Source: Gnetum montanum (Eukaryota; Plantae; Gnetophyta). Taken from it: a stretch of 64,000 nucleotides of DNA. A program made the position numbers and the translations under genes. Under the pieces are notes generated by a model, which saw only the letters and a program-made list of their open reading frames with translations, did no database searches and was not told the origin of the DNA. Positions 40,361 through 51,608 of the stretch are shown here, one piece after another. Each line of letters opens with the position of its first letter. Position 1 is the stretch's first letter. The stretch is taken from contig MNCI01002989.1 in NCBI GenBank assembly GCA_015680685.1, positions 455,484 to 519,483 of the forward strand. The letters run 5' to 3'.

Positions 40361-40681
40361 TAGTTGTAAATATTATTGTTATTTTGAAAATTGCTTTAAA
40401 TCCTATTAATACAAGGTCATAGGATAGGATATTTCATTTGCAATAATAATTTTCTTTGAGGTGTTTTCACTATGATGAACACTATCAAAACCATCAGCTT
40501 GTCACCTCAGTAGGTTCAGCAATGGGAACATTTTCTCTAAATTAATAAAAAAATCTCAAATTTTTTCATAAATCTACAAAAAGTTCAAACCCATTAAATA
40601 CCAATGGTAAAAGTTAAAAATAAAAACATGAAGAATTTTTTTTAAAAAAAAATTTAAAACCTTGGTAGCAGCTAGGATAAA

Positions 40682-40744
40682 AAGTTCATAATTAAGTGCA
40701 CTTATCCAAGAGTAGTACTGGAATGGATGAGCTCTCAAGAAGAT
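40682..40744 (+). pseudogene. 5S rRNA-derived fragment
   Basis: AGAGTAGTACTGGAATGGATGA. Confidence 0.75.
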
Positions 40745-40870
40745 AAGTTTTCCATATCCAAAGTTTTAAACTTAAAGATCCATAACTTTTAATTTTGGAT
40801 ATCTTTTTTCACAAACAAAGAATCATTTTCTATAGATTTCAAACTCTCAAAAAAATCTTAGTGTTAAAAA

Positions 40871-40954
40871 GCTAGGGCTAGGAATCAAATCAAAGATCTT
40901 CTAATTTTGAACCTCAATTCTTATTCTTAGTATGTCTAACCATCAAAGCCAAGC
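40871..40954 (-). pseudogene. tRNA-like module
   Basis: Homologous copy. Confidence 0.5.
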
Positions 40955-41057
40955 TTTTGCTTATGAAATAATTAATATACTTTAATTATATTTAAATTTT
41001 TCAATAATATTATTATAAATAATAAATATATTTACCAAAAATTAAATTTTGGACTTT

Positions 41058-41082
41058 AGCCCTAATCCTTAGGGTTAGGGCT
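41058..41082. promoter_or_regulatory. Telomere-like palindrome AGCCCTAATCCTTAGGGTTAGGGCT (representative; about one per unit)
   Basis: Near-perfect inverted repeat; decayed homologues at ~1733, 3423, 5273, 6779, 42740, 46133, 57989, 59692, 62928. Confidence 0.6.
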
Positions 41083-42356
41083 AGCAAGTTGTTATGGTTG
41101 TCTATGCACTACTGGAGGTACAGCCTTATGCAATAGCTTTGTATCATTTTCATACTTTTTGCTACTAGCCACAGACCTTCCATCAAGCCTCAAGATAGCT
41201 ATGTCACTACAGTCATCACTACAATTACTCTCTTCTACTGCAACATTTCTATTGCAATAGTTGTTCCTACTACTATAGCACCATTGCAACCAACCTTTGT
41301 TTCTAGTTAATGTAGCCCTTTAAAAGTACTTGCTTCCACTATGTCCTCATGTTCATCCATGACTTCTACTATTGTTAAGGTTGACCTGGCTATGGAATGA
41401 CCACCACTTTATTGCAAGCCATGATATTAGGGCACTATTGTTAATGCTAGCTTGTTGTAAGCATAACTAGAATTACCATTCTCCACCATCCTCTATAGTA
41501 GCAAGACACTAATAATGGCCAAGAGATAGCAAGAGAAACCCTTGTGGCATTTCCAATCATAGCCATCTACTATAGCTAGATCATATCTTCTATCAAGCCT
41601 TAACCTCACCATGTTACTCTAGTTGCCACTACCCTACCTCTACTTTGCTACACCTTTCCTACCACAACACTAACACTCCCACTCTCATGTTGTTGCAACA
41701 TACACTTGTTTGTAGTTCATGTAGTCCTTACATGACCCTCATTCCTTACTACCCTCACATCCCTCTATCCCCTCAACTATTGGTAGTGCTAGCCTAGTTG
41801 TTGTAGGCCATCACTAATAGTGCTAGATTTTCATCAACACAACTGCCCTCACTATCCTTTACTATGACAAGCCATCAATTATGGTCAAACAATAATAAAA
41901 GAAATGTTCACATCTTTTATAATTATGATCCTCTACTCTAACCCTCTTCCTACTACTATTATACATTGTTTCATCCTTCCTCTATTGCACACATTGTCTT
42001 CTCACGTAGTCCATGCTTTCATTCCTCTAATGCTGCCTATGTGTCACTATGCTCTATTCCAACCTATTTATCTACTATCACACTACTTCATCCTTACCAA
42101 GCACCATCTCCTACTATTGTATTGCATTTTTCCATGGTAGCCTATGCACACTATCATCTAGCATTATCCTCCATAATAGTAGGCAAATAATTATAACCAA
42201 GTTGCAATAAGAAAAATTGTTGTAGCCATCATAGTCATGGAAATTTGCTGCTACCATAAATTCTACGTAGCCTACTCCATGCACTATTATCTTGAACTTT
42301 CCTTGCTAGGTAGCACACCCTACTATTGTGCTAATTTCTACAACAACTAGAATAGA

Positions 42357-42419
42357 AATATCATAATCAAACATGTGCATCCTAGAGTAGTACTAGGATG
42401 GAAGACCTCTCAAGAAGTT
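42357..42419 (+). pseudogene. 5S rRNA-derived fragment
   Basis: 18-nt exact match to plant 5S, AGAGTAGTACTAGGATGG, at 42384-42401. Confidence 0.88.
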
Positions 42420-42546
42420 TCATATTTGATGTCCAATGTTTTGAATGTTGGAATCCATAACTTTTGATTATGGATGCCTTCATCAACAAAAGAAGAGTAT
42501 TTTTCTATAGATTTTATGCTCCCGTGAAAAAACATAATGTAAAAAA

Positions 42547-42630
42547 GCTAGGACAAGGAATCGAACCTAAGACCTTCTAATTATTAACATCAACATCTTT
42601 TGTTTCATACATCTAATCACCAAAGCCAAG
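42547..42630 (-). pseudogene. tRNA-like module
   Basis: Minus strand AGGTCTTAGGTTCGATTCCT, intact B box. Confidence 0.65.
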
Positions 42631-44043
42631 GATTTTCTTATCAAATAATTAATAAATTTTAAATGTATTTAGCTATTTTCATTATTAAAAAATAATAATA
42701 AATATATTTCAAAAAGAAAAAATTAAAGTTGGGCTTTGGCCCTAATCCTTAAGGTCAAGGCCAACTAGCCACTATGGTCAATTATAGGTCACTACCCTTG
42801 TAGCCTTGTGCAATAGCCCCATCTTATTTTCATGTCATTTGATATTGAATGCATGCCTTTTATCATGGCTTGGCCCTACTATGCCACTCTAGTTACCATT
42901 GCACTACCTTTCTTCTACCTCACCACTTCCTCTGCACCATCAAACCCCAATTTTGTATTTCCATTATAATAAACAATTCTTTGCAACACATGTGATCATT
43001 TTGCAACCCTCACTAGCCTCATGTCACTCTACTTCTACTATTTTTGGTAGGTCTAACTTGGCTATGGCATGATCTAGTGCTACTACGAGGCATCGTGATA
43101 GGCTATCATCAATAAGGCTATCTTGACATGGGCACAACAAGTCTCATCATCCTTTGTAGTGGTAGGCCAAGCGACAATAAGAGAAATCCTTGTAGCTACT
43201 ATAGTTGTGGCCCTTCACTACAACTATGCTTCCCATGCACCCAGTGTGGCATGCCACCTTCCCACCATTGCTACATATTATGTCACCCTTCCTCCACTAT
43301 GCTTGCCATCATTCAATATAGCCCATTCCATCGTTCCTCTATCACTATCCATGCATGACTATCCTCTGTTCTACATTCTTCATGTCCTATTCTCTTCAAC
43401 TATCCTTTCCAAGCATTACACCCTACTATTGCACTAATTTTGACTACCCCTACCTATTTCTCTTGCCATTTAATTTCATCTTATACATTTTACATTATTT
43501 TTTTGATTCCACACATACTAGTTTGGCTAACACCTATGCCTCCATCACTGCTGCTTATGCCCCTGATGTGACTAAAAGTCATGCTGAAAATTTTAATAGT
43601 CCATGGTAACCATGAAAACTATTGTCACCATAAAATCTAGCCTCCCATAGAGCTTTATAAAGACCATTAGTACTATAAAATTCTACCTTCTACAAAGATC
43701 TGTAGACATTGTTGGCACTATATAATCCTATCTCTCATGAAGCTCTCTAGATACCACCATCTCCATAAAATCTTGGCTCCTTTAAAGCTTTGCAAATACC
43801 ATCATTACTATAAAATGCTACCTCCCATGGAGCTCTAATGAACATTGCTAGTGCCACCAGCCTACCTCCTTGGAAAGTATTTGTAATGAAAAAAATTTTT
43901 GTTAACTAATGAAAAACTTAAAATTTCTTCATCAATCAACAAAAATTTCAAACATGTAAAAAACATGTCATAAAATTTAAATATGAAAACATGAAGAAAA
44001 TTTTAAAAAGAGAATTTAATGAATTTGAAACAACTAAGATAAC

Positions 44044-44106
44044 AATTATGTAATTCAGCATGGTTACCCTAGAGAAGTACAGGGATGAATGATATTTTAG
44101 GAAGTC
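44044..44106 (+). pseudogene. 5S rRNA-derived fragment
   Basis: Degenerate copy AGAGAAGTACAGGGATGAATGA..GGAAGTC. Confidence 0.72.
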
Positions 44107-44231
44107 TTATTTTGCTTGCCAAAAGTTTGAACTTAGAAGATATCACTTTTGATTTTTGAATATCATTTTGGGCAAATGAAGAGTTATTTTTTATATATTT
44201 AAACCTCTCAAAGATAAATTTAATGTTAAAA

Positions 44232-44316
44232 TGCTTGGGCTTGGAATCAAAATGAGTACCTCCTAATTATAAACCTTAACATTATATGCTTCATGTAGTT
44301 AATCATCAAAGCCAAG
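44232..44316 (-). pseudogene. tRNA-like module
   Basis: Degenerate homologous copy. Confidence 0.5.
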
Positions 44317-45750
44317 ATTTTTTCTATTAAAAAATTAAAAAAAATTAATAATAATTAAAATTTTTGATTAGTAAGAAAATATAATAATAAATATATTTAT
44401 AGATGAATTAATTAATTCTTGGGCTTGAACCTTATATGGTAGGGTGAGATCTAGGTAGCTGCTATGGCAAGCTATGCAGCCCTGTGCATTCTTGTGCCAT
44501 TTTTTGTGTCATTTACTACCATTCAGATTCCTTCTACTAAGCCTTAACCTCACCATGCCAGTCTAGTTGCCATTGCACTATCTCTCTTTTGCCACATCAT
44601 TCTTGCCACACTACTATATCCCACCACTATCACATTGTTGCAGCAAACCCTTGTTTAAGATCAATGTGCTCCTTCCATAACCCTCACTTCCTCATTTTCC
44701 TAATATCCCTATGTATCTACCACCACTAGTAGGGCTAGGTTGGCCATGCCATAGTTGTCACATTGCAATAGGGCATCATGAGAAGATATTGCTAGAAAGG
44801 TTGGCTTACCATGGGCATGGTTGATCTCTAGATCCTTTGCAATGGTAGGCCATCTATTGGATTCATGCTATAACAAGAAACATCCTTAACACTACCATAG
44901 TCATGATACTCCACCATATCCATGCTTTACATGTAGCTACTACCATTGATTACCTTCTACTACCTTTCCACAACCACTATGCACTATTTCACCCTTCCTT
45001 CATTACAATCACTATTGTCCCTCATAGCTCCTGATGTTGTTCCTTTGTAGAAAGCCATGTGAAACTATGCTATCTTCCATGCTCCTCATGCTTTGTCATC
45101 CAAAACCATACTTCCAACGTGTTGTGTTCTATTTCTACTTTGATTTAAACTATACCAACCTATCCACCTTGCCCTCCAGTGTCATCCTCCATATTTTATG
45201 GTATTTTTTTTCAATGTTATGTATATAATTTGCACCATCACCTAAACCTATATTGCCACTACCTTTACCTCTGCTATGGCCAAAAACCACATCAAAAATT
45301 TTGGCAACCCATAGTGACTATGAATATCATTGATACTATAATATCCTACCTTCCATGGAGCTTCATAGATAGTCTAGGTACTATAAAATTCTACATTCCA
45401 TGAAGCTCTAAGGATACTATTGGGATTGTAATATCCTACCTTCCATAGAGCTTAGTAGATACTATTAACACTATAAAATCATTCATCCCATAGAGCTTTA
45501 ATGAATATCACCAATGTTGTAAAATCCTACCTTCCATGAAGCTCTAATGAAAACTACCAGTTCCACTAGCTTGCCTCGCAGGGAGATTCAATAATTGGAG
45601 AATTTTCCATCAATTAACAAAATAATTCAAATTTTTTTCAATCAATAGAAATTTCAAATACGTTAAGAATATGTAGTAAATTTAAAATTTAAAAACATAG
45701 AGAAAAATTTTAAAAGGAAAATTTGTCACATTGGTAGCAAGTAGGATAAA

Positions 45751-45813
45751 AAATTTGTAATTAAGAGCACTCATCCTCAAGTACTACTTGGATGAGTGAT
45801 CTCTTGGAAAGTC
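45751..45813 (+). pseudogene. 5S rRNA-derived fragment
   Basis: TACTTGGATGAGTGATCTCTTGGAAAGTC. Confidence 0.75.
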
Positions 45814-45940
45814 TTGTTCTTCCTGAGCAAAGTTTTAGATTTTGGAAGCCACAACTTTTAAATGTGGATACCATTGCTAAAAAATGAAGAGTCATTCTCT
45901 ACATATTTGAATCTTCCTTAAAAGAACATACAGTTAGAAA

Positions 45941-46025
45941 GTTTGGATTGGGTATCAAACCCAAGATTTTCTAATTACTAACCTTAATATATTATGCTTC
46001 ATATAGCTAATTACCAAAGCCAAGA
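45941..46025 (-). pseudogene. tRNA-like module
   Basis: TTGGGTATCAAACCCAA, T-arm stem intact. Confidence 0.55.
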
Positions 46026-47349
46026 TTTTTCTTGTCAAAAAATTAATATACTTTAATTATATTTATACCATTTCATTAACAAAAATATAATAATCAATAT
46101 ATTTAAATAACAAATTAAATTTAAGCTTTGGGTCTAACCCTTATGGTCTGGGCTAGCTAGCCATTATGGTTGCCTAGGTGTCAGTTTCCATGTACTTCAA
46201 TAAAAGTTATGGGTAACATTTCCATATTGTCTGCTAATGATCACACACCTTCTACTAAGCCTCAACTTTGCCATGCCACTATAGTTGCTACTACACTATA
46301 TATCTTCTTCTTCACCATTACTACCACACTAGTAAATCTTGCTAATACCATACCATTGCAAAAAATCTTTGTTTGTGTCCCATGTGGTCCTTCCACAACA
46401 TCTACTTCATCACCACACTTATGTTCCTCTATAACTACCACCATTGGTAGGGCCTATATGGCTATAGCATAACTACTTCTCTATTGCAAGGCATCATGGT
46501 AGGCTATTACTAGTAGGGCTAGCTTGCTATAAGCATGGATGAATTCATCATTCTCCACCATCCTACATTGTGATAGGAAACTAATTGTATCTAAATAAAA
46601 ATAAGAGAAATCCTCATGGCCATCGTAGTTATGATCCTCAACTACAGTTGTGCTTCCTGCATAGGCAGTATGACCTATTGCCTTGCACTGTCTTTCATGT
46701 GCTATTATGCACTATTTCATCCATCCAACCCGATGCATGTTATCATCCCATGCAACCCATGCTACCATTTAGTTACCATGTTCTTTGTGTCACTATCCTC
46801 TATTTTCACTCTTCATGCCTTATCATCCTACACCATCCTTGCCAAGCAATGGGCCCTACTACTACATTTATTATAGTACTACATGCTTGTATGCCCTACC
46901 CTTCAACACCATACTTTGTGTTTTGCCCTATTTTTTCCATTGCTATGCATGTCATATTTACCACATGTTGTACCTCCACCACCATCGCATTTTTCTCTAC
47001 CATCATTAAAAATTTCACTCAAAATTTTTGCTATATATGATGACCATAGATACTTTTGACACCATAAAATCCTACCTCACATGAAGCTCCATGGACACTA
47101 CCAATGCCAAAAATATCTAACTTTGACCAAGGTCTAATGGACACTATCAATTCTATAAAATCTTGCCTTTCATAAATTTTTATTGGACCTTGCCAACCTA
47201 CCTTCTCAGTAGGTCTAGAAATAGGAACATTTTTCATAAATTAACGAAACTTTCAAATATGTCAAAGACATGTAGTAAAAATTAAATTTAAAAACATGTA
47301 GAATAACCTCAAAAGGGAGATTTGGTACATTAGCAACAACTACAATATA

Positions 47350-47387
47350 AAATTTATAATTTAGTATGTTCATCCTAGAGTAGCACT
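47350..47387 (+). pseudogene. 5' part of a 5S-derived fragment split by an LTR insertion
   Basis: ..CATCCTAGAGTAGCACT abuts the LTR start TGATG; the module continues at 54445. Confidence 0.82.
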
Positions 47388-48195
47388 TGATGAGTGGCGA
47401 GGTACCCCTACACTCAACCATACGAATACGAGCATAACACGTGCGATCTGGTCGAACTCCACAGACTAAGTGCCTACACACCTCATGGAACACTTAGGTT
47501 AATTATTCATTGTCTTCCCAAACTTACTTCTAGTTGTCATGGTGTATGGTTAAGTAAGTCTGAGGTATATGATTTTTATGTCTTTTTAGTTTTATCTCTT
47601 ATGCTGATAAGGTGAAGGGTGAAGAGACTAATTACTAACTTTAACTAACTAACTAAGTCTTAATTAACCTAGCGTTAGCATCCGTTCCCACTTACCGTTC
47701 ACACCCTGAACCAATGCAACCTTGGTTACTAAATGCTAATCGTTGCTGGGATCACTAAGCATAACGCATGTGCTCGAAGCAATCGTACTGAGGCACTTAA
47801 CTAGGAGAGAAGGGTTGAGAGAGAATTAATTACTAATAAAGAATTTAAATGATAAACAATAAATAACAGTAAATAAAATCCTATTTAGCCTATTCCATGC
47901 ACTGCAAGGTTTATCCAAGAAGTTTGTATTTATTTCCATACAAAAACATGTGTTCAGGTACAATATTTGCTCGAATAAAGATCCGTTCACTTTAGAGCTC
48001 CTACTGCAGGCACATGGAAAATATTCTATCTCTGGAGAGGTAAAACTGCCAGAGTTTCGCTAAGGGTCTAGATCTAGATGAGAAACAAAGAGAGAGCTGC
48101 CTCTTATTTATGGACTTGGCGGCTAACCATGATATCGTGTACGTGATATCGGGGGGACTACGCGATATCGCGTGGGATGCAATATCGCGGCATCA
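47388..48195 (-). repeat. 3' LTR (808 bp)
   Basis: Direct repeat of 53671-54444; PPT ATGGGGGTA on the minus strand at 48196-48204. Confidence 0.95.
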
Positions 48196-48388
48196 TACCC
48201 CCATGACTAAATAAAAACTTGTCCTCGAGTTCCTTACAAAATATTGGGATGGTATGGGATTATTAACTCAAATGAAACTAATGGGATGACATGTGAACGT
48301 ATCATCATTACAAGATAAGACAAAACTAGTGTTCATGTCAACAAGAGTGAACACCTTATTACATTTGACATCAAGCCTTATTGGTAGC

Positions 48389-48408
48389 AGAGAGAGAGAG
48401 AGAGAGAG
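48389..48408 (+). repeat. (AG)10 microsatellite
   Basis: Direct reading. Confidence 0.95.
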
Positions 48409-49936
48409 AAGTTTTGCTACCATCAATGCCAAGATTGCGCCTTTCGTTGTCCATTTGTAAATGCACCATCGATGTTGCTCCTTGCATAGCTACTTTAGCA
48501 CTGCTCCATTCCAAGTGTTCCCTCCAAATCCAATCCGTTGTTGTATGATTGCCATCTACACACACAAAATAGTCTTTTGTTAGCAAGGGTAAATGAATCA
48601 TAACGCAATTGATACCTTGCTTCGGTGAAAGGTCCATTGGCTGAGTTGTGGTATGGCTGATACGAATCTGGAGATATCATAGTGGTGACTACTGAAGGTG
48701 TAGGGGTTAGGAGAAAAATTGAAAAAATTTGGGTCTAGAGCCCCATGACTAAGAGCAAACCTCCGGTAGTGATAGAATGGAGAAAGAAAAAAAGAACAAG
48801 AAAGATGGAGAAAAAGAGACAACTATGACATCGATGAAAGGGATGTCAAGATGGAAATTAACAAAATAAAATGGATTAAAAAAATGTTAGGGGAAAGAAG
48901 TGAACTGGTGCACCAAATAGGAATGCTAGTGGGTCCTCCCCAAAGCAGGCTCATGCCCTTAATGCCCTGACAAATCCACATTCAAAGAGTCCGTAGGCTC
49001 TGGGAATGTCATTTGAAACAAGAGTTAAAGTCTTAACTGCAAGAATTTACCAAAAAGAAAATAATGCATCAACCAAAATATATATTAATGATACAACTGA
49101 CAATAAGGTGAACAATGGAGAGAAGGATGGAGAGAAGAGAATGGAATGCAGTCTCAAGAACAAGGTGGTGTACAGCCCCTTGTGTATTTCATGATTAATG
49201 TGACTTAGCAAATCCCATTTCAAGTCCGGCCTCAAATAAACCACATCTAGTGACTTTGCATTAATGTATTCGGCCAATCCATCCTCTTGAAGTAAAAAGA
49301 ATGCCTTTACCCAAGAGCCACCACTGTTCCGAAAAAACAAAGGAGGGGAGAATGGGAAGTGAGAAGGGCCTTATTTAGAGGGAACATTTTTATTTTAGTT
49401 CCATAACCAATGTTTGTAGCCCAAATGATTATTTCTTCTAAGGGATGTGCTTTGAATTCTCACTATTTTTTTTTTGCTTTTTGTGTTTTATATGTTTATG
49501 CATGAGAACCACACCATGCAAAGACTTTGTTATTTTTGTTTGCTCAGCTTCTCGATAATTGAGTAACGTCAAAACAGTAAGAGAACTCAAGAAGAAAACA
49601 TTTAAGCACCCAAGAGAATGGTCAACAAAAATGCATCAAGTTCCCTTGAAGTCACACCCTTTTCAATCCTTGAGTCCTTCTTTAGTTTGAGAAATGCTCA
49701 GTCACCAATTTGTTATAGTTCTTATTTAGAAAGGGACTATACATTTCCCAGTCGAGAGAGACCATAGAACTGGTGGATGTATGGATGAAGTGAACTCATT
49801 GCCTACTATATCAAAAGAAACATACCTTAGTATCAACATCATAACTTAAAGGTAAAAACCAAACATTAGCAATCAATAGAAAAATAGTTCATACCATCAT
49901 GAAGAACACTTATTAGGTGACAAACTTACACGGTGG

Positions 49937-49940
<4 letters not shown>

Positions 49941-49974
<34 letters not shown>
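49941..49974 (+). repeat. (CA)17 microsatellite
   Basis: Direct reading. Confidence 0.95.
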
Positions 49975-49981
<7 letters not shown>

Positions 49982-50029
49982 AAAGTATAACAATGTTGTA
50001 AAAGAAAAACAACAGAATTTAAAGAAATT

Positions 50030-50145
50030 TGTAAAACAAAAATGTGTAAAACAAAAACGTGTAAAACAAAAATGTGTAAAAAAAATGTGTAAAACAATGT
50101 GTAAAACAAAAACATGTAAAAAAAAAAATCTGTAAAACAAAAACT
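50030..50145 (+). repeat. ~15-bp TGTAAAACAAAAA(T/C)G minisatellite
   Basis: About 7 copies; homologous T-rich TTTTGTTTTACAC tract at 16610-16740 in the related element. Confidence 0.85.
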
Positions 50146-50501
50146 TAAGAAGAACTGAGGGCCCCAAATGATTAGCATAGGTGGCCATCTACCCTATGAC
50201 TGAATGAAAAGGGAGAGATCTGAAATAATGAATGTCTAGTTGAATTTCTTAAAAGTGTCCAACTTCTCCCAACTGATGTTCTTAGATTAAGGGGTGAAAG
50301 TTGGCGATATTCATATTCCAAGGTATTTATGCTTTCATTATGGGCATGAGTTATTCCCCCAATTCATTCCATGCATGTTGGTTTGCTCTTTCGACTAGCT
50401 GTCAACCGTGGGGTGCCTTCTTATTGAGTGGTTGCTACATACAGACACCTTTGAATGTTATCCTCTGGTGCACACCAGTTACATGCAGGAGATGTTAAAT
50501 T

Positions 50502-50960
50502 TCACATCACCCATGATTCCTGCATGTCATCACCCTCTAAGTCACTGTATGTGATGCATGAAACTTTCTTCTTCTCGATCTTTCCATAAATGTTTACCTT
50601 AGATATTTCCAAGGAAAGATTGTAGATCCCTAGGCATGTGTCTATTGTACTTAGCCATGCCCTTCCCATTATAATTGGGAAGTCCCCTTCATTGTTGTTA
50701 ACTTCTATCACCAAGAAATCAATTGGGTATGACCAAACACACACAGTGGTAATGATGTCCTCCACCAATCCCAAGGGAATGGTGATGGACTGGTCAACCA
50801 GCTTTAGTTGAATGTTCTTCTTCTTGAGTTGGGGCAGGTTCTAGGCTTGATACATTTCTCATGAGATTAAGTTGACTCTAGAACTTGAGTCAAGAAGAGC
50901 CTTATGAGGTTTGTTCCCAGCAACTTGGAGGTAGATTATGGAACTTCCAAGGTCAGATAG
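50502..50960 (-). pseudogene. Aspartic protease remnant
   Basis: KALLDSSSRVNLIS, LKLVDQSITIPLGLVEDI, YPIDFLVI, FPIIMGRAWLST. Confidence 0.88.
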
Positions 50961-51608
50961 GTTCCTGGGAAGGTGGCCTACCTTGATCCAATTGGTTACG
51001 ATATGTGTTAACATAACCGTATGCGTTAAGCTTTGTTGTTGGATTGAAGGGTGCTCCGAAGCCTTGTATGTTGGAGGAGTGTGCATAGACTCAACCACTT
51101 GTGGTTGTGAGAGCTTGTTTGGGCTTTTGGTTCTGAAGAAAGGTATTCTCTTTTTGTGATTGTCAAAACTAAAAGCGGGTTGAATGGTTACGGCTCTCGT
51201 AGCGTTACATTGCTATAGTTGAGTGGGGAGTTCCCCTTGCATTGTTGGAGCAGGAGGTATGGGAACTATTGGTGGAAGAGGTCCAAATGGATTAGGAGGA
51301 TGGTATAGATGTGAAGCATCTCTCGGAGGAGAAGGAGTCCTAAAGTACTCCCAGACTTGGTAGTGACATTGGGGAGTTGCATGACCTATAGAGTCACTTG
51401 GAGAAACTGGTTGCTGCACGTAGTATCCATAAGGATCGGGTTATCGGTAAGGATATTGTTGTCTTGGCAGTGGCATCCCCCATCACTGTGGATATTGCCA
51501 CTGCTAATGTTGCCTGATGGGTTGTGGTGGAGTTCCACTTGGATAGTATGTCAACGGTTGGTGGAATTATCTTGGGTTACCTTGGAGATAAGGTAACCTT
51601 TGGGGTGT

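Larger units (their letters stand above)
33351..40469 (-). mobile_element. Degraded Tat/Ogre-type gypsy element (gag region-RT-RH-aRH-INT); ends approximate
   Basis: Minus strand MLGLDPYLVQRNI, FVLKNVGETYQ..DYVEDIVIK, aRH MHFDGA*TAHG (~34980), PFQ*WGID (~34510), SSPYYP*GNGHVEA (~34240), FKEGDLV (~33855); same family as 11780-13162. Confidence 0.88.
40470..47387 (+). repeat. Macrosatellite block 3, about 4 units
   Basis: 5S-like modules at ~40690, 42365, 44052, 45759, 47358. Confidence 0.93.

Noticed and set aside
33351-40469. Paired LTRs and TSD for the minus-strand Tat element
   Set aside because: The candidate ends (TGTAGG at 33389 on minus; ~39248-40469) do not match each other, and the flanking array phases do not rejoin.
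41058-41082. Telomere fusion scar or interstitial telomere
   Set aside because: Only about two hexamers per arm, and the polarity is opposite to an end-to-end fusion.
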